A DNA stretch of 64,000 bases. Origin: Candidatus Latescibacterota bacterium (lineage in GTDB: Bacteria; Latescibacterota; UBA2968; UBA8231). This document shows, one piece after another, positions 61,101 through 64,000 of this stretch. The notes under the pieces were generated by a model. That model was not told where the DNA came from and did no database searches. It saw only the letters and a program-made list of their open reading frames with translations. Location: NCBI GenBank assembly GCA_965208105.1, contig OZ242318.1, forward strand, positions 3,232,001 through 3,296,000, written 5' to 3'. Both the position numbers and the translations under genes were made by a program. Numbering within the stretch: the first letter of the stretch is position 1; the number at the start of each line of letters is the position of its first letter.

Positions 61101-61373
61101 CAGGCCATCCTGCGAGGCGGACAAAACCGGCTGCGGCCCATTTTAATGACTGCGTTTACCACCATATTGAACCTGATGCCCCTTGTTTTGCCGATGATTT
61201 ACGGAACTTCGGAGGGCTTTGCCAGGCGCTGGGGACCGGTGGGCCTGGTGGTCGTCTGTGGCCTGGCCAGTTCCACGGTTTTGACTTTGGTGCTTGCGCC
61301 TACTCTCTACTCGCTTCTGGATGACCTGGCACTGTGGATGCGCCGGGTGGCGCGGGCTGCAACCGTTCATTGA
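58110..61373 (+). CDS. RND efflux permease, subunit 2
   Basis: GMLVDPAVVTLE, GIVVNNGIVMID, RLRPILMTA. Confidence 0.93.
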   Translation: MKISEFAVRRGVTTTMITLSVLVLGVVSLSRLPLEQLPAISSSGITVTGFYPSSSPEEVERHITLPLEETLGTLGNTERISSTSSSDRASVRVDFKAGTDMDLANMEVRERVDMARRLLPPDLERIQIRRWQSDQRPILYASMAWRGEGDRLHDIALKVVEPGLLRLDGVVNVSVGGMEEKQLIVELDQERLQAHNVDLPALAWQVRNNNVNLSLGRVLDADQRYLVRALGEFGEVDEIGRLPLIGRNLRLEDLGEVNYDYPEKKRFERLNGAEAVTLNVYKAATAGVVEVAAAARGTLEEIEAEYGGRLDIEIVRDRAESVLREVNNLTDAAFLGAFLAIGIIYLFLRNIRSTLVIAVAIPISVLCVFVGMYLAREFLGSTITLNMVSMMGLMLAVGMLVDPAVVTLESIFRKREEEGLPPGEAALEGSREIGMAVLASGLTTMCVFIPFFFLASGRMTTWLRDAGMTICLAIAVSMLVALSVIPLVSSRLFQRKYRRLDPWLRMGFLLAFLAFAMWKLYSAGWEGAGSWAMAWLERLGASLAGMEWTTGLTLGTCLLLTVIAARFLRRRGMRDSYASLLNWTLDHRWVPLLATVTLLVTGIFLFRQIEQRGTPWTPERRVDITVEADRSYSLKEVRGIFEEMENAVLEKKKDLDVETLSTSFGQRGGSLAVRLVDADDGSLSTMEAARAIRNLLPEKVGISYKMGRQRSWSGPLLGVEVELKGPDPEVLALLAEEVKVKLRSLPGVLEVDSSLEDSEEEILVEVDREQALGYGLSPREVATSLATALGTRRTSSFKAEEREIPIVLQWEEEDRSNLEQLKNSRLTGRNDATFQLAGLADFQLREGPKDLKREDRQHNVVVFANTESRGQAFRLMGPVREKMKEVSLPPGYSWDLGRAARWAQQDTQENTFTLLFALLLIYLIMASLFESLIHPFTIMLAIPFSLIGVFVGLYALEIPLDFNGILGLLILFGIVVNNGIVMIDHINHFRREGMERRQAILRGGQNRLRPILMTAFTTILNLMPLVLPMIYGTSEGFARRWGPVGLVVVCGLASSTVLTLVLAPTLYSLLDDLALWMRRVARAATVH

Positions 61374-61426
61374 AGCCGGACAACCATTGTATAGATCCGC
61401 CCGGCGGGTTTGTGAGGATTAAGATC

Positions 61427-62791
61427 ATGATGATTCCTGCAGGTATTTTTCTGATGATGGTTCTCTACCCCCTGTCCCTCCCGGGAAAGCCCTTGACCCT
61501 GGAGGATTGCATTTCGCGCGCACTGAGGCAGAATGCGGATGTGCTCATTGCCGAGCAGGGGATGCGGCGCGCCGCGGCGGATGTAAAGGTTGCGCGTGCG
61601 GACCTGTTGCCGTCGATCAACACTACGCTGTTCGGCTACACGAGGGCAAGGACCGGTCCGTCCATTCGAATTCAGGAAAATCCCACCGGAGAGGTCGATC
61701 CGCAGAGTGGACGCCGGATCTTCAAGGAAGAGGAGACGAGGATTCCGGCGATAGACCGCAATTCCTTTTCCTTCAGTGCATCGATGTGGCAGAACGTCTA
61801 CGACGGGGGTTTGCGGCGTAATGCCTACAAGGCGGCTCGGCGGGATGAACGAAGATCGGAGTGGAACCACGAGGCGCGTCGGGCGGCGGTGAAGGCGGCG
61901 GTTAAACAGCACTATTTCAACGTGCTCAAGGCCATGGAGCTGGTGCAAGTCCAGGAAGAAAGTTTGAAGTTGAGCGAGAGGCGGCTCGAGGAGGCCAGGA
62001 CGCGGAAGGAAGTGGGTGCGGGGACACAGATGGATGTGCTCCGGTTGCAGGTCGCATTGGAGAATGCCCAGGCCCAGCTGATCAACGGGAAGCAAGGTCT
62101 CATCCTTGCCCGGGCGAACCTCAACCACATAATGGGAGAAAAGGTCACCGCTGAGCTGGAGATCGCGCCTCTGCAGGAAGAAAAATGGCGGAAACCGGAA
62201 ACGAGAGACGGCCTGGCCGCTTCTCTGGCAGAAGCCAGGGCGCATAATTCCTCCCTGCAGAGTCTGCGCGAATCCAGGGCTGCAGCCGAGTACAACCTGG
62301 CGACCGCCCGCGGCTCCCGCCATCCTCAACTGGCGGGAAGCGTCAGTTACAGTCGCAACAACGAGGTCTTTGACAGGGTCTACCAGGGCCTCGACCAGAA
62401 CTACCGCCTCAATTTCGGATTGTCCTTGACCTACGGACTGTTCGACTGGGGGATCAAGCTGGCCAACATAGATCGGGCGAGGGCTGCCCTCGAGACCGTC
62501 AGGATGGAAGTGGAGCAGCATGAGCGCGAGATCGAGCTCGCGGTCGAAACCGCCCACCTGGAGTTGGTGCGGCTGGACAAAATTCTGGAAATCGCCTCCC
62601 GTACGGTCGAACTGGCCCAGGAAGATCTGCGCCTGGCTGAAGAGCGCTACCAGGTGGGCAAGGCCCGTCTCCTGGAGGTGCTCGATGCCCAGGTGGGTTT
62701 CATCGAAGCGCGCAGCAATCTGGTGAGCAGCCGCTACGACCTGAAGAGCGTCGAGGCGGACCTGGAGCGTCTGTTGGGGGGCAGCCAGTAG
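61427..62791 (+). CDS. TolC-family outer membrane efflux protein
   Basis: LTLEDCISRALRQN, YFNVL, ERYQVG...LEVLDAQ; GAGGA RBS before ATG 61427. Confidence 0.92.
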   Translation: MMIPAGIFLMMVLYPLSLPGKPLTLEDCISRALRQNADVLIAEQGMRRAAADVKVARADLLPSINTTLFGYTRARTGPSIRIQENPTGEVDPQSGRRIFKEEETRIPAIDRNSFSFSASMWQNVYDGGLRRNAYKAARRDERRSEWNHEARRAAVKAAVKQHYFNVLKAMELVQVQEESLKLSERRLEEARTRKEVGAGTQMDVLRLQVALENAQAQLINGKQGLILARANLNHIMGEKVTAELEIAPLQEEKWRKPETRDGLAASLAEARAHNSSLQSLRESRAAAEYNLATARGSRHPQLAGSVSYSRNNEVFDRVYQGLDQNYRLNFGLSLTYGLFDWGIKLANIDRARAALETVRMEVEQHEREIELAVETAHLELVRLDKILEIASRTVELAQEDLRLAEERYQVGKARLLEVLDAQVGFIEARSNLVSSRYDLKSVEADLERLLGGSQ

Positions 62792-62860
62792 AAGCGCAAT
62801 GGACATGCTGACGACTTGTCTCTCCCTCGCTTGACGAATGTGATCAACGGAGAATAGGAA

Positions 62861-64000
62861 ATGGAAATCTTGGGCGGCCCATTATTTGGAGTGGCCGGCG
62901 CCGGGGAATCTCATGGGCCTGCAATTACAACCATCGTTTTTGGTTGTCCGCCCGGCCTCAAGGTGGCGCGGTCCATGGTTCAGCGCTATCTGGATAGACG
63001 CAGGCCTGGCGGCAACAGGCTCGGAACCCCCCGCCGCGAGGATGATACGGTTGTCCTGTTGTCGGGCTTGTACTCGGAGGATCACGGCGCCCTGATTGCC
63101 GGTCCCCGGATTCAGATCGGCATGGAGAACAGGCCGCAGGGTGCAACCTCCTACGAGGAGGGGTATACGACGGGAGAGCCCATTGCTGCAGTGGTGCTCA
63201 CCGCAGCCAAGCGCTCCGGCGATTATCTCCAATTTGCCGGTGCCCGGGGCGAGGTTCGCCCCGGGCATACGGATTTGGTGAAGCACTACAAGTCGGGGGG
63301 ATTCACCGATGATCGCGGCGGGGGACGCTCCAGCTACCGATCGACCATTTCCGATGTGGTCGGCGGCTCGATTGCCCGTACTTTTTTGCAGGAGAACTTC
63401 GGCACGGCCATACTTTCTTCCATTTGCCAGGTGGGCCCCTTGCAGGCTGACCGCTCTCTGGCCGACCACGTGGAGCGACTCTCAATGGAATCGGAGAGCC
63501 GCGGGCTGTCCACGGACCAGATAGAACAGATCGAGGCCCGGTTGGAAAGCGCCGAAATCCATGCGCTGGACCCGGATTTTTCTCGTGAGGCCAGCTCCTT
63601 GATCCAGGCAACCCGCAAGGATGGCGACTCCCTGGGCGCTGCCATAGAAGTGGTTGCGGTGCAGGTCCCTCCCCTGGTTGGGGAGCCCCTCTATCAGGGA
63701 TTGAAGCTGCGGCTCATGGGAGCCTTGGGAGGGCTGCACGCGGTGCAGTCGTGCGAGGTCGGGGCGGGTGGGGAGGTCGCTGGCCGCAAAGGCAGTCAGA
63801 ACAACGATCCGATTCGCCGTAGCGGATACAGAAGCAACCATCACGGCGGCTTGTTGGGAGGCATCACCACGGGGATGCCGTTGGTCTGCCGGGTGAGATT
63901 CAAGCCTACTTCAACAATTGCCCTGCCCCAGGATTCCGTGCGCAAGGATTTCGAAGAGATCGAGTTCACCTTGAAGAAGGGAAGGCACGATCCGTGCGTG
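62861..64000 (+). CDS. aroC: Chorismate synthase, 3'-truncated by window edge (not in ORF track)
   Basis: Manual translation MEILGGPLFGVAGAGESHGPA...RRRPG...RPGHTD...GGGRSSYRST...NHHGGLLGGITTG...FKPTSTI...GRHDPCV. Confidence 0.92.
   Translation, partial: MEILGGPLFGVAGAGESHGPAITTIVFGCPPGLKVARSMVQRYLDRRRPGGNRLGTPRREDDTVVLLSGLYSEDHGALIAGPRIQIGMENRPQGATSYEEGYTTGEPIAAVVLTAAKRSGDYLQFAGARGEVRPGHTDLVKHYKSGGFTDDRGGGRSSYRSTISDVVGGSIARTFLQENFGTAILSSICQVGPLQADRSLADHVERLSMESESRGLSTDQIEQIEARLESAEIHALDPDFSREASSLIQATRKDGDSLGAAIEVVAVQVPPLVGEPLYQGLKLRLMGALGGLHAVQSCEVGAGGEVAGRKGSQNNDPIRRSGYRSNHHGGLLGGITTGMPLVCRVRFKPTSTIALPQDSVRKDFEEIEFTLKKGRHDPCV

Noticed and set aside
53586-62806. Long antisense ORFs (646, 490, 515, 479 aa) and similar ones elsewhere (e.g. 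2091-3242, 29180-30424)
   Set aside because: Shadow frames of well-supported GC-rich genes, with no recognisable motifs
62882-63844. Small ORFs listed at the window end
   Set aside because: The region is occupied by the plus-strand aroC frame from 62861, which runs off the window

Overview
GC-rich, gene-dense bacterial chromosome segment with no rRNA, tRNA, CRISPR array or transposase that I can recognise. Gene content (PEP-CTERM-type polysaccharide deacetylase, CRTAC1/ASPIC-UnbV, multiheme-TPR, TolC) indicates a diderm environmental bacterium; an FCB/PVC-like lineage such as Latescibacterota is only a guess. Layout: (1) 1-16.5 kb, a Wzx/Wzy-type surface polysaccharide locus with tailoring enzymes (deacetylase, methyltransferase, carbamoyltransferase), interrupted by sixA and a tandem YjbQ-like gene. 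(2) 16.6-23 kb, RraA, a His-rich TPR lipoprotein, a secreted protein made almost entirely of (GDGDGC)n repeats, HpcH aldolase, uppP, ackA. (3) 23.2-28.4 kb, a membrane pentaheme cytochrome c/TPR + CRTAC1 lipoprotein + CxxxxCH lipoprotein operon. (4) 28.4-41.5 kb, acs, Nudix, moeA, aminotransferase, cyclase and modABC-hemY-hemA-ccsA. (5) 42-53.4 kb, a thiol/selenol redox-rich region: DCC protein, GGT, ltaE, exported YyaL-DsbD fusion, ArsS-type radical SAM, a putative outer-membrane barrel, a DUF3179 protein split by an in-frame TGA that is very probably selenocysteine (SECIS-like hairpin downstream), and a divergent permuted flavoprotein/membrane 4Fe-4S fusion. (6) 53.6-62.8 kb, a two-permease RND efflux system, then a partial aroC missing from the ORF track. 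Two ~167 bp MITE-like palindromic elements share a core but have different terminal repeats. All family calls come from motifs recognised by eye, not from database searches.
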